Shown here one piece after another: positions 1-12,000 of a stretch of DNA of 64,000 nucleotides (its first letter is position 1; the number at the start of each line of letters is the position of its first letter). This DNA comes from Octopus vulgaris. Lineage: Eukaryota. The position numbers and the translations under genes were made by a program. The stretch lies in the NCBI GenBank assembly GCA_951406725.2, contig OX597819.1, forward strand, positions 40,176,001 through 40,240,000. The letters are read 5' to 3'. The notes beneath the pieces are model-generated. The model saw nothing but the letters and a program-made list of their open reading frames with translations. It did no database searches and was not told the DNA's origin.

Positions 1-578
1 GACTATTAAAGGAGGCCTAAGAAATTGTAACGTCAACAGTCATGTGATAAATAATAACTAGGGTTCAGTTATATTTTGGGTGACTTAAGAAAAACATTAC
101 TAAATTTTTAACTTCAGTTTTTGTAGGCTTTTAGGGCTTTACATAAATGTTTTATTAAATGTTTTAAAACTATTTATTTTCTCTTAGTTGAAGCTGCAAT
201 AAGTGAGAAGGGAAATGAGGTCTTTAAGTCAGGGAGTGGATCTTTTCTCAAATTCTAAGACTACGCTGCCTTCCAAAGTTTTCTTAGGTTTTCATCCACC
301 ATGGCTATCCTCTACATTGAAGTCATAACTTTTTTTTTACCAAGTATACATCATTAAATTGCTTTATCTATCCAAAACCTACACTGTCATCTTTCTTGCA
401 TACATATACCAATATCTTTGTAGCAACCCTCAGGCAATGTCCATCAGATACACCAATAGCCCTCAGGCAAATGGAATGTGCCAATGGCTTTCGGGCAAAT
501 GGGATATGCCAATATTGTTCTTTCAATAGCAAGAAAAGACAAATACTATTCATCATGAAAACATCACATAACACTCAC

Positions 579-699
579 CTTAAATAAGAGCAGCAAGCAA
601 TCAGAGTCCTTACAAAGGTTCTAAGGATCTGTCCTGGTGAAAGCACAACATTAACATAGCTAGTACTGCTTCCCAAAGACTGGCCCTTTTCTTCAGGTA
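579..699 (-). CDS. Candidate internal coding exon of an unidentified gene (xPEEKGQSLGSSTSYVNVVLSPGQILRTFVRTLIACCSYL)
   Basis: Acceptor gtattttcag|, strong donor AAG|gtgagt, 121 nt, open in phase 1 to phase 2, non-repetitive sequence. Product not recognised. Confidence 0.5.
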
Positions 700-2769
700 C
701 TGAAAATACTTTGTCGTCATCATCATCATTTCAACGTCCACTTTTCCATGCTTGCATGGGTCAGATAGAGTTTGTTGAAGCAAATTTTCCATGGCTGGAT
801 GCCCTTCTTGTTGCCAACCCTCACCTATTTCAAAGCTAGTTTACATTTCCCCATGTTCTTGCAGAATATTGGAAATGAATGATACTGCTTATATGGCAGT
901 GACAACCATTTTACAACTATTACATGATGTAATACATGCAATCACACACACACACACACGTACACGCACACACACACACACACACGTCTTGCAAACAACT
1001 TGCACATGCAAGTGCTACCAGTCAAAAAATCCGCATACAGGAAGCCAGCAAGTGTATGGGGTCATCAGAAGAGAATACGCGCTGTTTCGGGGCCTACCTC
1101 TCGACGGCATCAATGCACACACTGATATGAGGCCTCGCTTGCTAGATCAGCTGGTTATCAAATAAAGCTCAATATCCTTCTAGCCATCGCTCATCATCTC
1201 TTTTTAACCAAATCCAGTGGCTAGCCTTCTCCACTGTAGATTGGATATTGGTCATGGTGGTATTGACTTTACGATGAGTTAGGCCTAGCGATAACAACAG
1301 TCGTCTCACACTGTGTCCAACGAACCCTCTACATCCGACTTCGATGGGTTTCAGCTTCTGTCTACCAAATCCACTCGCAAAGCCTTGGTCAACCCAGCGC
1401 TATAGTAGAAGACATTTGTTGGGGTGGTCACTGTTTGAACTACATGGTAGATTTACTCATCACCCAGTTTAACACCATCACCTGGCTCTTGGGTATCTTT
1501 GTCGAAGTCCGTTCCGTTGCATGTATTCAGGTCATGTCTCGAGTTAGAGGATGCCTCCCTGCCACCAAAGTCAGAGGCCTTGTAAATGGATATGAGCATT
1601 ACCTTTCATTTCAAACAAAATGATCATCATCGTTTAATGTCCATTTTCCATGCTAGCATGGGTTGGACGGTTCGACCGGAGTCTGGTAAGCCATGAAGGC
1701 TGCACCAGGCTCCAGTCTGACCTGGCAGTGTTTCTACAGCTGGATGCCCTTCCTAATGCCAACCACTCCGTGAGTGTAGTGGAGGCTTTTTACATGCCAC
1801 TGGCACAGTGCCAGGCAAGGCTGGCAGCAGCCATGATTGGTTGATGCTTTTTACATACCACCGGCACGGAAGCCAGTTAAAGCAGCGCTGGCATCGGCCA
1901 CATTCAGATGGTGCTTTTTACGTGCCACCGGCACAGGTATCACAACTACAATTTCCATTTGATTTTTATTTTGATGTTGATGTACTTGACTCAGTAGGTC
2001 TCCTCAAGCACAGCAGGTAGCCCTACGATAAAAAAAAAATTCCTGAAATTTTAGACCATGGAGAAATTTCATGAGGAAGGACTACAGTATATGGATACAG
2101 GCATGGCTATGTAGTTAAGAAGTTTAAATTGTAATATCTGCCTGCTTTCAGGTTCAATCCCACTGTACAACACCTTGAGCCTCTAGGCTTGAGACAGATT
2201 TTAACTAACTAAAACATCACAGCAGTGCAGTAGGTCAGATCAGGTTCACCTCCATTATTGATGGAACTATATATATGTATATGAACATCTGTTGGTGCTT
2301 CTACTTACCAATGTAATCATGCAGTAATTACCGTAATATTTCTGTATTTACAATTGTTTTGAATGTATATTGTTGTCATTAATAATAGTTGTTATTGAAA
2401 CTTGAGCTATAATTCACATTGTTATTATATTATATTGTTATTACAATGACAAAAGCATGAGCCAGACTGAATAATGTCTGCTTGGAGAAACAAATATTAT
2501 AATTTCCCTTAATCTCAATAACAACAACGCTATTGACATAACAGTGATGGTGATGGCAGTGACAGTGATGATAGTGGTAGAGTAGTGGTGTGGGTGTTCT
2601 TTATCATCATTATCATCAAATTAGCTTATATATTATATAATTACTACACATATTAGAATCACATTATGACTCTAGTATATGTATGTATGTGTGCATGCAG
2701 GGATGTTTTATGAGGAAGTATTAATAAGGATTGTTAAATATCCTTTTCTCAGCGAGCGAGGCAGGCTAC

Positions 2770-2815
2770 CCTGAACTGACGATGAGCAATACACTCAGAA
2801 ACATATGTCTTCAGG
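2770..2815 (+). ncRNA. Minimal type I hammerhead ribozyme, complete core
   Basis: CCTGAA-CTGACGA-TGAG(caataca)CTCA-GAAAC-ATAT-GTC-TTCAGG: stem I 6 bp, stem II 4 bp, palindromic stem III, GUC cleavage triplet. Confidence 0.8.
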
Positions 2816-4451
2816 TGCCTTGTCCCGGCTTGCTGGGTGATTGCCTCCCCTTTGCAAATATAAGGACACAGAAAATGTGTCAAAGCCGACAGGAGATGTC
2901 GATGTTTCCTAGGGCTAAATGGCGGTGGTGTAATTCCCTCATGGGACTGTCACATTGAGTTGACAGTATACGACCACAATATTATTATTAATATTATAAT
3001 AATATTATTATTATTATTATTTATATCCTTTTTAAAAAGCATCAGTGAGAGGAATTCCTCAGTCACATGCAAAATTTTATTCAAATTTAAATTTGAAACT
3101 GCCCACTCTTGTCTGGATGGTGACGACTGGAAAGCAATTGATCACAAGACTACCAGTTCAGGGTTTGATCTGGAGCATGAGAAAACAGTTTCAGACTTTA
3201 CATCAAAACAGTAATTGAATATAAATTGCATACAATTAAAAATCCATTATTTTTATTAGCACAGATGTGCCTGTCTCCCATGTGTTCTTCTGCATTTGTA
3301 ATTTACCCCTGGTATTAAAAAGATAACCCTGTTAAGAACTCCTGGTTTAGGGTATTCCTTGCACCCCAAGGTAGGAGTGGAATGCCATAGTCATACCTCC
3401 AAATCATGTTAACGAGGATGTCCTTCCTCTCAGCACATGAGGTACAGTGGACATAACCTCAGTAATGAGGTTATGACCACAAACTAGGCTGGGAGGCCTG
3501 AGAAAATGAAAATCTGATTTCAAATCCTAGGCAGATGGAGTTCATAAGCATGAGTAGTATTGCAACTGCCTAAGGGAAGGAAACCCTGATGGAAAACTAA
3601 CTCCCTTTCAGGTCTTAAAGGTCGGACATTGATCTAATCCTCTGATCTGGAAAAAAAAAATTCTGATTTAAAAAGGTCCCCAATCTCTGTTTTAAAAAAA
3701 ATAGTATTGTTTGTGGATATTTATTGATCATTAGCTAATGATAATAATATTTGTTGTCATCGTCATCATTAGCGGCATCGTTTAGTAGCCACTTTTCCAT
3801 GCATGCACGGGTAAAATGAAATTTGTGGAAGTAGATTTTTTTACCTCCAGATGCCCTTCCTGTCACCAGCCCTCGCTTGTTTCCAAGTAAAGTAATATTT
3901 TCTCATAGCCAGGTATGTTTATGGAAGACAGGAAATGAGCAACCTCACTTGTATTATGACAAATGTTCAGTTTAATACCCACACCAAGCATTCTTGTGTA
4001 TGTCTTTTCTTTTTTTTTGCAAAATTAACTCTTCTGTAAGCATCCACATCAAAGTAATACAATCTCTTGATGCAATGATTCCAACCTCACTTTTCCCTTG
4101 CAGAGCATCACTGTTTATCAAAGGTAACAGATAAAAAAGATTTCTCAGTAGAAACTCAGTACTAAGGGTATAACCTCAGGAAACTGCATAATCCAATATC
4201 TTCTTCTCTCTACTCATAATTGATACTATAACAAGTACAGGATTATGAAAACCCCACTTACAGCCACTGACATCAAGTTGGATTACTTAAAAGTTATCCA
4301 AAAAGTATTAATTTGTGGAAACTCATGAGTTGTGGTTTCCTCTGCTATCTTATCTCCTCCACCATGGAAAACAATCCACAAGCACTCCTTGACTTTTTCC
4401 CCCCATTTCCAAATATAGACATTACTGTTTTTGCTCTAATCAGATTCTCTC

Positions 4452-4862
4452 TTTACTCTCTTTTTACTCTTTTACTTGTTTCAGTCATTTGACTGCAGCC
4501 ATGCTGGAGCACCACCTTTAATCGAGCAACTCGACCCCGGGTCTTATTCTTTGTAAGCCCAGTACTTATTCTATCGGTCTCTTTCACCAAACCGCTATGT
4601 GATGGGGACATAAACACACCAGCATCGGTTGTTAAGCAATGCTAGGGGAACAGATACACAAACACACACACATACACATACATATATATATATATACATA
4701 TATACGATGGGCTTCTTTCAGTTTCCGTCTACCAAATCCACTCACAAGGCTTTGGTCGGCCCGAGGCTATAGTAGAAGACACTCGCCCAAGCTGCCACGC
4801 AGTGGGACTGAACCCGGAACCATGTGGTTGGTAAACAAGCTACTTACCACACAGCCACTCCT
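4452..4862 (-). mobile_element. tRNA-derived CORE-like SINE (family A)
   Basis: Head GTGGCTGTGTGGTAAG..GGTTCAGTCCCA, CTTGGGC(A/G)AGTGTC core, internal (TG)n, GAGTAAAA tail. Confidence 0.85.
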
Positions 4863-5044
4863 GACTACATCTTAATCAAAACAATACACCCGACCTGTTC
4901 CTATTGCATAACACCCCACCTAAAAGCTCAAACACTCAACTAACTGACTGACTGAGACTCTACTAGTTTTATGACGATGACCTTTGGCAACAAATTAACC
5001 TCACACCACTCCTGAACAATCTGACAGCTAACTAGGTGATAAAA

Positions 5045-5536
5045 ACCATCATCCCAGGTTTAAGTGAGATCATAACCCGTGGCCTCTACATGGGATGTAG
5101 CCAGTCCACTTATGCATACCTTTCCTTCTTGGGACACAAAACTCTACTTGTGAAGACCTGTTGAGGCAAGTGAGAATCGAAATCGATCAACATCAATGGA
5201 AATTGCAGCTGTGATACCAGTGCCGGTGGCACGTAAGAGAACCATCCGAACATGGCCGTTGCCAGCGCCGCCCCGACTGGCCTCATGCCGGAGGCACGTA
5301 AAAAGCACCATCCGATCATGGCCATTTGCCAGCCTCGTCTGGCACCTGTGCCGGTGGCACGTAAAAAAGCACCCACTACACTCACGGAGTGGTTGGCATT
5401 AGGAAGGGCATCCAGCCGTAGAAATATTGCCAGATCAAACTGGGCCTAGTGCAGCCTTCTGGCTTCCCAGACTCCAGTTGAGCCATCCAACCAATGCTAG
5501 CATGGAAAATGGACGCTAAACAATGATGATGATGAT
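5045..5536 (+). mobile_element. RTE-family 3' UTR derivative
   Basis: Repeated TGCCGGTGGCAC modules, the shared ~150-nt terminus and a (GAT)n tail. Similar pieces at 1621-2030(-), 8705-8990(-), 11253-11385(-), 16299-16497(+), 39925-40210(-), 45128-45380(-), 50438-50590(+), 54410-54820(-). Confidence 0.8.
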
Positions 5537-5539
5537 CTT

Positions 5540-6988
5540 TTATATTATCAAAATACACCAGGTAGTTTTCCCAACACAGTTGCACTGCAGCAGTATAAGT
5601 GAAGAAAAGTTTCCTACAACACCCTAGGAGAATCATCCGCAACCACTATTAGCCAATTAGCATTCCAGCTTTTCAAATATTATGGAAACAATTGTAATCA
5701 ATGACCACCAATAGTTTCTGTAAATTCTGATCTAGTGAAAACTTGCTTTCATAAATCACCCACCAGATGTTTCTCACAAATGTGTACTTCCGCAAAAACA
5801 ATGTTATTTCATTCAAAATCAGCAAAACTTTCGACCATGACTGTTATCTCTCTTTCAGGTACACCCATCTCTCATCTCTTTGATTGAAAGTTTTCTGAGA
5901 CTACAGAATTGCAACATGTAATGACAGTACATTAGGCCTACATTATATTCTCTTTTAACTCTCTTTTACTTGTTTCAGTCATTTGACTGTGGCCATGATG
6001 GAGCACTGCCTTTAGTCAAGCAAATCGATCCCAGGACTTATTCTTTGTAAGCCTAGTACTTATTTTATCAGTCTCTTTAGCCGAACCGCTAAGTTACAGG
6101 GACATAAACACAGACACACAAACACACACACACACATACACACACACACATATACATATATACGACAGGCTTCTTTCAGTTTCTGTCTACCAAATCCACT
6201 CACAAGGCTTTGGTCGGCCCGAGGCTATAGTAGAAGACACTTGCCCGAGGTACCACGCAGTGGGACTGAACCCAGAACCATGTGGTTCGTAAGCAAGCTA
6301 CTTGCCACACAGCCACGCCTACGCCTGTTCAGTTGTGTTTTTTTTATTTTACACTCTTCTCCCTATACATTAACAATCTAATTGCTATCACTTCTAACAA
6401 CACACTTCTATGCAGATGACACTATTCTTTATTCCTTTTAAATACTGGTTTCAAATTTTGGCACAAGGTCAGCATTTTCTGAGTAGAGGTAAGTCAATAA
6501 CATAGACCCAAGTGTTCAACTGGTACTTATCTTATTGACCCCCAAAAGGATGAAAGGCAAAGTTGACCTGCATTTTTCCCAGCATGCTAACAATTCTGCC
6601 AGCTCACCGTCAGATTCCTTTTAGATATTATTGACACAAATATCACCCATTTGCAAATGAGATATCTCAAATCAAACCTATACTGATTTCATAAAATGAT
6701 TTGGCAGCCTTCTCTCTTTCCACAGCACAAAGATAGAATTGTTTTACACATCAAAGAATCATTTTACACATATCTCATATAATCAAAATACTCCCCAGAT
6801 AGTTTTTCTGCAGATGCACTGCAGCAACAGAAACGAGAGGCAAGCATGGTTGTATGGTAAGAAGTTTGTTTCCCAACCACATAATTTCAGGTTCAATCCC
6901 ACTATGTGAGACTTCGGGCAACTATCTTTTATTATAGCCCCAAACCAAGCCTGATGAGTAGATTTGATAGATGAAAATTGGAAGAAGC

Positions 6989-7019
<31 letters not shown>

Positions 7020-7276
7020 CATGTGTCCAAGTTTTTGTGTTTGTGCCTGTCCACTACCGCTTCACAACCAGAGTTGGTTTGTTTACGTCCTCATAACTTA
7101 ACGTGGTTCAGCACTGGGTATTGTTCTTCTTCCTCTGACTAAGTCATGTAAAAATATACCCTAAATTCCCTACTAAGCCATTAGCATCTATATTAAGAAC
7201 AAATTGAAGAGCCAAAAATTACTGCAGCTCTCAATAGTTATTGAACCTCTGCAACAAAGGACTGTTCCCACATCAG

Positions 7277-7308
<32 letters not shown>

Positions 7309-7610
7309 ATGTTTTTGTTGTTACTGCTGCTGCTGCTGCTGATATACACATAGACATCTCTCTTTCTCTCTCTTTGTTTTATTGGCCACGACTACAATGG
7401 AGCTGGTCTTGTGTCACCTTTGCTCTTGACTCACTCATCTCTCCAAACTACACACCTCCAGAACCCAACAATAACCACTATACCTAGTCCTTCCTTCCTA
7501 GAATGTCAGTTCTTTGGAATTCCTTCTCTGCAGATGTCTTTCCTGCAGTTAACAACTTGTAACAGTGTTAGAGGTATATTAACAGCATTGGTTTTACCAG
7601 TCTAGGAAAT
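5540..7610 (+). mobile_element. Old fragmented CR1/Jockey-group LINE interleaved with SINEs
   Basis: Decayed PISI..FSNIME (~5650), LFSLYINNL..YADDTIL (~6350-6430) and SFLPRMSVLWNS (~7490). Confidence 0.5.
5950..6325 (-). mobile_element. SINE family A
   Basis: Near-identical to 4452-4862. Confidence 0.85.
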
Positions 7611-8584
7611 ACTGCAATGGCCAAGAGCCCTACCCTATCATCAAGCTAATCAGAAAATACCTTAACTAGATTCAAAGCAAAGAAATTAATCTCCCTAAAC
7701 ACAACAAAAAAATTGTGCAAAGTTTTTTTTTTCTTTTCCTTGAGCAAAATTCTAATATCTATATTGTGATTCTTGTTTACAATCATCACATGATGTCAAG
7801 CCAGGGTACACACAAACACATGCACACACACACATATAATATATACACACGTGAGATGCTTTTAGTTTCTATCTACTAGATCAACTCAGAAGGTTTTGAT
7901 TAGTCCAGGGCTTTTGGAGAAAACACTTGCTAAAGTGTGCGACAGTAGAGCACAACATGAGATAACATACTTGGGAAGCAAACTTCTCTGTTACGCAGCC
8001 ATATGGTTCTGGATTCGGTCCCACTGTGTGGCATCTTGGGCAAGTGTCTTCTGCTATAGCTCTGGGTGAACCAAAGCCATGTGAGTGGATTTGGTTGACA
8101 AAAACTGAAAGGAACATATTGCATATATATTTTTCATTCCCATAACTTAGTGGCTTGGCAAAAAGACACCGATAGAATAAGTAGGATGAAGTGGCAAGCC
8201 ATGAGTTGAGACTGAGTCTCAAAGTCATGGTTGTCACTGCAGAGCCTGCATAGACAGAGGAATTAGGAATAGGGGATGGAGAGCTTGGTGTGTTTAGGTT
8301 GAGAGGAAACTAATAGAAATGAAATTAATATATATATATAGTGAAAGTAACTGAAATTGAAACCATATAATAGTGAAAGTATTATATCACATTACAATAG
8401 AGATGTTATTGTTTCACTTTTGACACATAATAGCAAAAGAGTGTAAGAGATATGTGATTGCTATGGGCTCGTATTAGGCAAGAAATCAAAAATTTGTTTG
8501 GCCCTTGATACTGCATGGACCCTAAGTAAGGCATGTGTAGAATTTGAATGAAATCAGCTGGGTAGTTCTCGAGTTTTAGTGATG

Positions 8585-8621
<37 letters not shown>

Positions 8622-9416
8622 TCTCAGTTTCATATATTTATATATATATATATATAGATTATATTATACTATGTTATGCTATGTTACATTATGTTTATAT
8701 ATTATCATCATCATCATCATTTAATGTTCACTCTCCATGCTGGCATTGGTTAGACTGTTTGACTGGAGCTGATAAGCCAGAGAGCTGCACCAGGTTCCAG
8801 TCTAATTTGGCATGGTTTCTACAGTTGGATGACCTTCCTAACATCAACCACTCTAGTAGTGTAATGGGTACTTTTACGTGCTACTGGCATGTGCGCTATT
8901 TACATGACACCAGCAATAACCATGACTATGATTCACGTGTGCCATTTACTTGGTACCAGCAACAACCACGACTACAATTCATGGGTGCCATGAGCAAACA
9001 CCTCAATTCATATAAAACAACATATCTTTATTTTCAATGACCAAACCAATCTAATTTTGGGCTGCCACATATTATATATATAAAGAGTAAATTTTGTATA
9101 TATAATCATGAGTTGAACCGTTGGTGTAACCATAATGTTCTGGTGATCTGATGAGCTAGCTTTCTTTATTTGCATTGATTTGTGAATATGCAACTGTATT
9201 GTATAATGCATAGCATGCATATTAATGCAAACATGTGAATATAATTTTATTCCACCCTGAAATTATTACTACATGAAGAAGGCTGTGAAACAGACATAAT
9301 CTTAAGGCTATCAAAAGGCTTTGGTCGGCCCGAGGTTATAAGGTGCCACGCAGTAGGACTGAACCCGGAACAATGTGGTTGGTAAACAAGCTACTTACCA
9401 CACAGCCACTCCTGCA

Positions 9417-9518
<102 letters not shown>

Positions 9519-9862
9519 AAAGTAAGATAGGGGTTATGAAAGTAACCCACTATGAGATATCAGTTATCCCATATACTGCTGGTAAAGTACCCAAATACTA
9601 AATACATAAATGCTTATAATTGCAATGCAATTAATTCATTTATTGTATTGAATGTGTGAAGGTAAAAAATATTTTTACCGTAAATTCATAATACAAATAA
9701 GAAAATAGAGAAACAAATTCATTTCGATCATCAACTTACGGATATTACAATTTCACATAATTTATTAATTATACAAATGGGAACATCAAAATCGAACAAA
9801 ACAATATACATCAATATGTAATCGAAATGAATTTTTTTCTCCATTTTCTTATTTAAATCAAA

Positions 9863-10366
9863 ATCAAAATCATTTCGACGACTGGCATCCGTGCTAACGG
9901 GGCGCAAAGAGCACCATACGAGTGTGATCGTTGACAGAGCAGCTATTCGAGTATGATCGTTACCAGCGTCGCCTTACTGGCACTTATGCCTGTGCTAGTA
10001 AGGTGCTAAGAACACCATCCGAGCATGATCGTTGCCAGAGCAGCCAACTGGCTTCTGTACTCGTGACATGTAAAAGGGCACCATTCGAACGTGATCGTTA
10101 CCAACGTCACTTCACTGGCACGTGTAAAAAGATTCGAGTGAGGTCATTGCCAGTACCGCCTGACTGGCCCCCGTGCCAGTGGCATGTAAAAAGCACCCAC
10201 TACACACTCGGAGTGGTTGGCATTAGGAAGGGCATCCAGCTGTAGAAACTCTACCAGATCAAGACTGGAGCCTGGTGCAGCCATCTGGTTGCCAGCCCTC
10301 AGTCAAAATCGTCCAACCCATGCTAGCATGGAAAACGGATGTTAAATGATGATGATGATGATGATG

Positions 10367-10368
<2 letters not shown>
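9863..10368 (+). mobile_element. RTE-family 3' UTR derivative, subfamily shared with 38445-38915
   Basis: Near-identical to 38445-38915 over ~450 nt; (GAT)n tail runs into (TA)n. Confidence 0.8.
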
Positions 10369-10397
<29 letters not shown>

Positions 10398-10849
10398 CAA
10401 CATGTATGAGATGAGTAAAATGTGGATATTTTTACTATACAAAAAAAAAGCCCTATAAAGTAGAACACAAAATGAGAATTTTTTGATGTTCATATGTTTC
10501 TCTAGAACAACAGCAGCATAAATGAAGTTTAATATATTGTTCAATAAAGAATACCAGATAAGTACCATTATAGTAAAAACAAAAAAAATATAATTAATCT
10601 ATAATTGCTTAATGTCATTACAAGAGCCAGGATGTAATTGTCTTACAGGTGATAGTTCCATCATATCAACAGACATTGGATAAGCAGGTGAAAAAAAGTA
10701 AGACGAAATAACAGATGGAGAGCTGGAATAAACTTGTTTCCTCTACTTTATATAATTTTGTGGCTTGTGGATTAATCAACACAAACATTAACGATGGAGA
10801 CAAAAATAGATTTTTTAATAATCATATAGGTAATAAAAGATTATCTAAC

Positions 10850-10930
10850 CTTAAATCTTGTCACTTGGCAATCCAAACTGAACAGAACTGGTACAACTAG
10901 TTCTTCTTATTTTTTGCATCAGGCAACCCT
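10850..10930 (-). CDS. Weak candidate exon (GLPDAKNK / EELVVPVLFSLDCQVTRFK)
   Basis: Polypyrimidine tract plus AG and donor AAG|gttaga. The protein-like reading needs one extra base near 10907, so it is tentative. Confidence 0.25.
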
Positions 10931-10965
10931 CTCGAGAGAGAAGAAAATAGAATTTAATTATCATA

Positions 10966-11021
<56 letters not shown>

Positions 11022-11404
11022 TATTGATACTATTGATACTCTGACAATGGCTGCAAAATGTTGACTAGGAAACTTTGATATGCTATACTGCAACAAATTT
11101 ATTATGCATCAAACATGGTCAAAACTTTCTCACTAAAGTGAATTATATTGCACACACGTTTCAATCATCCTTATCATCAGACACAAACTCTATTCCATCT
11201 CTCTCTCTCTCTCTCTCTCTGTCTTTATATATATACATATATATATATATATATCATCATCATCATCATCATCATCGTTTAACGTCCATGGGTTGGACGG
11301 TTTGACCGGGGATCTGGGAAGCCAGAAGGCTGCACCAGGCTGATGGTCTTATCTGGCAACGTTTCTACAGCTGGATGCCCTTCCTATATAACCATATATA
11401 TATT

Positions 11405-11955
11405 ATGGCTGCCCCCTCGTTATTGAGTATGGCCATTGCACGAAGCTTAACTGATTCTGGTGCTGTGATCGAATGTGACTTTTTAGCCCAGCTAAAGATC
11501 TACAATGTCTTGTACAGAATTGGCAACTAAAACCTTTACCAGTAATAGCCGGCTGTAGTCATAACTGGGCTTCATGTACCTTTGCATGTCGTTTAAGTCC
11601 TCCTTCCGAATTACACTCTCTTCCACATGCCCAACAGATATGATTAGTATGGTGTGTTACACCACAACCAGTGGCCAGGTTATCACTCATCTGTCTCGCT
11701 TTATGACTACGAAGATGACTCTTGAGTCCAGCTTTACTGAGGCAGGGTCTTGCACAGACACTGCATGTCAGCATCATAGGAAGACCCTTCCCATCTGGAA
11801 GTGTAATAGCGATGCCCTTCCTGACATCCCTGCTTACTTTCTCATGTGCAACTCGAGATTTCTCAAAAGTGGCTGTCCCCTAGTGCACAATCCTTCTCCA
11901 CCTGCTACGATCAATAGCTATGCCTTCCCATGTGTCAGGAGAGATGCAAGTGATG
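11405..11955 (-). mobile_element. 3' end of a second (BovB-like) RTE family with two C-terminal C2H2 fingers
   Basis: TWEGIAIDRSRWRRIVH (RTE terminal WExxAxDRxxWR motif), then CSVCARPCLSKAGLKSHLRSH and CWACGRECNSEGGLKRHAKVH. Confidence 0.7.
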
Positions 11956-12000
11956 AAGTGATATATATATATATGATGATGATGATGATGATAATGATGA

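Noticed and set aside
791-1165. 124-aa ORF and other ORFs containing HTHT/YIYI/HHHH runs
   Set aside because: Translations through microsatellites and repeat tails.
9696-9854. Hammerhead in a 34-bp inverted repeat
   Set aside because: The inverted repeat is real, but CUGANGA and stem I are not in register.
9880-10200. CRISPR-like repeat-spacer appearance of the TGCCGGTGGCAC modules
   Set aside because: Repeats are degenerate, the spacers resemble each other, no cas genes are present, and the context is a eukaryotic LINE 3' UTR.
10647-10722. Additional minus-strand exon (SPSVISSYFFSPAYPMSVDMMELSP)
   Set aside because: AG/GT-bounded and open, but the acceptor is weak and its phase does not fit the neighbouring candidate exon.
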